Part shown: positions 62,800-64,000 of the stretch, piece by piece
Numbering within the stretch: position 1 is the stretch's first letter
How the letters are laid out: each line of letters opens with the position of its first letter
From: an uncultured Leifsonia sp.
Lineage (GTDB): Bacteria > Actinomycetota > Actinomycetes > Actinomycetales > Microbacteriaceae
Assembly (NCBI RefSeq): GCF_963518615.1
Contig: NZ_CAUQKC010000001.1
Reading direction: 5' to 3' (one strand)
DNA: 64,000 nt
The notes under the pieces: model-generated
The model's input: only the letters and a program-made list of their open reading frames with translations
What the model was told of the DNA's origin: nothing
The model's database searches: none
Made by a program: the position numbers and the translations under genes

Positions 62800-64000
62800 G
62801 TGGCCGATAGAACGGAAGTCGTGTTCGTCGACGGAGTCCGTACTCCGTTTGGACGTGCGGGCGAAAAAGGGCAGTACTGGAACACCCGGGCGGACGACCT
62901 CGTCGTGAAGGCGATGATCGGACTGCTCGAGCGGAATCCGAACGTTCCGAAGGAGCGCATCGACGACGTGGCGATCGCCGCCACGACGCAGCAGGGCGAC
63001 CAGGGCCTGACCCTCGGCCGCACGGCGGCACTGCTCGCCGGCCTGCCGAAGTCGGTGCCGGGATTCGCGATCGACCGGATGTGCGCCGGTGCCATGACCA
63101 GCGTCACCACGCTCGGCTCCGGGATCGCGTTCGGCGCGTACGACCTCGTGATCGCCGGCGGCGTCGAGCACATGGGACGCCACCCGATGGGCTTCGGCGC
63201 CGACCCGAACCCGCGCTTCCTCTCCGAGCGCATGGTCGCCGAGGACGCGCTGAACATGGGCATGACGGCCGAGCGCATCCACGACCGCTTCCCCGCGCTC
63301 ACCAAGGAGCGCTCCGACCGCTACGCGATGGCCAGCCAGCAGAAGACCGCCGCCGCCTACGCCGCGGGCAAGATCCAGCCGGACCTGGTGCCGGTCGCGA
63401 TCCGCTCCGAGAACGGCTGGGGCCTCGCCACCACCGACCAGGGCATGCGCCCGGAGACCACGCTGGAGGGCCTCGCCGGCCTTCGTCCGTCGTTCCGGCC
63501 GCACGGCCGCGTGACCGCGGGCAACGCGTCGCCGCTCACCGACGGCGCGACCGCGAGCCTGCTCGCGTCCTCCGACGCGGTCAAGGAGTTCGGCCTCACC
63601 CCGAAGATGCGGATGGTGAGCTTCGCGTTCGCCGGCGTCGAGCCGGAGATCATGGGCCTCGGCCCCGTCCCCTCCACCGAGAAGGCGCTGCGCAAGGCGG
63701 GCCTCTCGATCGAGGACATCGGCCTGTTCGAGCTGAACGAGGCGTTCGCCATCCAGGTCATCTCCTTCCTCGACCACTTCGGCATCGACGACGACGACCC
63801 GCGCGTCAACACGTGGGGCGGCGCGATCGCGATCGGCCACCCGCTGGCCGCCAGCGGCGTCCGCCTGATGATCCAGCTGGCCCGCCAGTTCGAGGAGCAC
63901 CCGGAGGTGCGCTACGGCATCACCGCGATGTGCGTCGGCCTCGGCCAGGGCGGCACCGTGATCTGGGAGAACCCCAACTACGACAAGCGCGCGGCGCGGA
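62800..64000 (+). CDS. fadA: Acetyl-CoA C-acyltransferase (thiolase), 3' end beyond the window
   Basis: GTG at 62800 follows GGGAGG. VADRTEVVFVDGVRTPFGRAG, active-site DRMCAGAM, GNASPLTDGA, CVGLGQG. Absent from the ORF track because it lacks a stop in the window. Confidence 0.9.
   Translation, partial: MADRTEVVFVDGVRTPFGRAGEKGQYWNTRADDLVVKAMIGLLERNPNVPKERIDDVAIAATTQQGDQGLTLGRTAALLAGLPKSVPGFAIDRMCAGAMTSVTTLGSGIAFGAYDLVIAGGVEHMGRHPMGFGADPNPRFLSERMVAEDALNMGMTAERIHDRFPALTKERSDRYAMASQQKTAAAYAAGKIQPDLVPVAIRSENGWGLATTDQGMRPETTLEGLAGLRPSFRPHGRVTAGNASPLTDGATASLLASSDAVKEFGLTPKMRMVSFAFAGVEPEIMGLGPVPSTEKALRKAGLSIEDIGLFELNEAFAIQVISFLDHFGIDDDDPRVNTWGGAIAIGHPLAASGVRLMIQLARQFEEHPEVRYGITAMCVGLGQGGTVIWENPNYDKRAAR

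Noticed and set aside
1-64000. CRISPR arrays, IS elements, integrases/transposases, rRNA genes.
   Set aside because: I saw no regularly spaced short repeats. No ORF has tyrosine/serine recombinase or DDE motifs, and there is no rRNA-like sequence. The only long repeat found by eye is the 91-bp thrS pair. A computed self-alignment would be needed to exclude shorter or more diverged repeats.

Overview
Very GC-rich actinobacterial chromosome segment. The Micrococcales/Microbacteriaceae-like assignment is inferred only from gene order and protein sequences; GC was not computed. (1) 1-31.3 kb is a tightly packed, mostly minus-strand housekeeping block in the classic actinobacterial order: efp', aroQ-aroB-aroK-aroC, aroE-mltG-ruvX-alaS, a DUF948/YtxH-like pair, rpsD, rarA, then plus-strand cyclophilin, DUF349 and an AbiEi-like ORF, then relA, rhodanese, secF-secD-yajC, ruvB-ruvA-ruvC, yebC, a C39-like ORF with pdxT-pdxS, divergent pdxR-pdxY, HIT and thrS. 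(2) 31.3-41.0 kb is an accessory, envelope-oriented region with no recombinase. It holds a 3.75-kb five-gene cassette bracketed by 91-bp direct repeats of the thrS 5' end. After that come a secreted DUF1524 nuclease fused to three CWB2 cell-wall-binding repeats and coupled to a small membrane protein, a CPBP protease, several orphan ORFs, a LysM lipoprotein, and a frameshifted paralog of a cassette membrane protein. (3) 41.06-41.62 kb is a tRNA cluster: Val-GAC, Cys-GCA and Gly-GCC on the minus strand, and a divergent Val-CAC. (4) 41.7-49.8 kb is a co-directional aromatic-amine catabolic cluster: permease, AraC/FeaR-like regulator, copper amine oxidase, aldehyde dehydrogenase, PaaI and PaaK. 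(5) 50-64 kb is mixed: an orphan nuclease-like ORF, malY/patB-like, metY, a MazF-like ORF overlapping a degenerate Amt paralog, amtB with a candidate GlnR box, zapE, sseA-sufE-like, a hydrolase, DUF3000-rnd and fadA'. No CRISPR array, rRNA, transposase or integrase was seen. The best candidates for something new are the thrS-repeat-bounded cassette, the cell-wall-tethered nuclease locus, the orphan Mrr-like ORF, and the amtB / twin-His-less Amt / MazF-like arrangement. All functional calls come from reading the translations by eye; no database search was possible.
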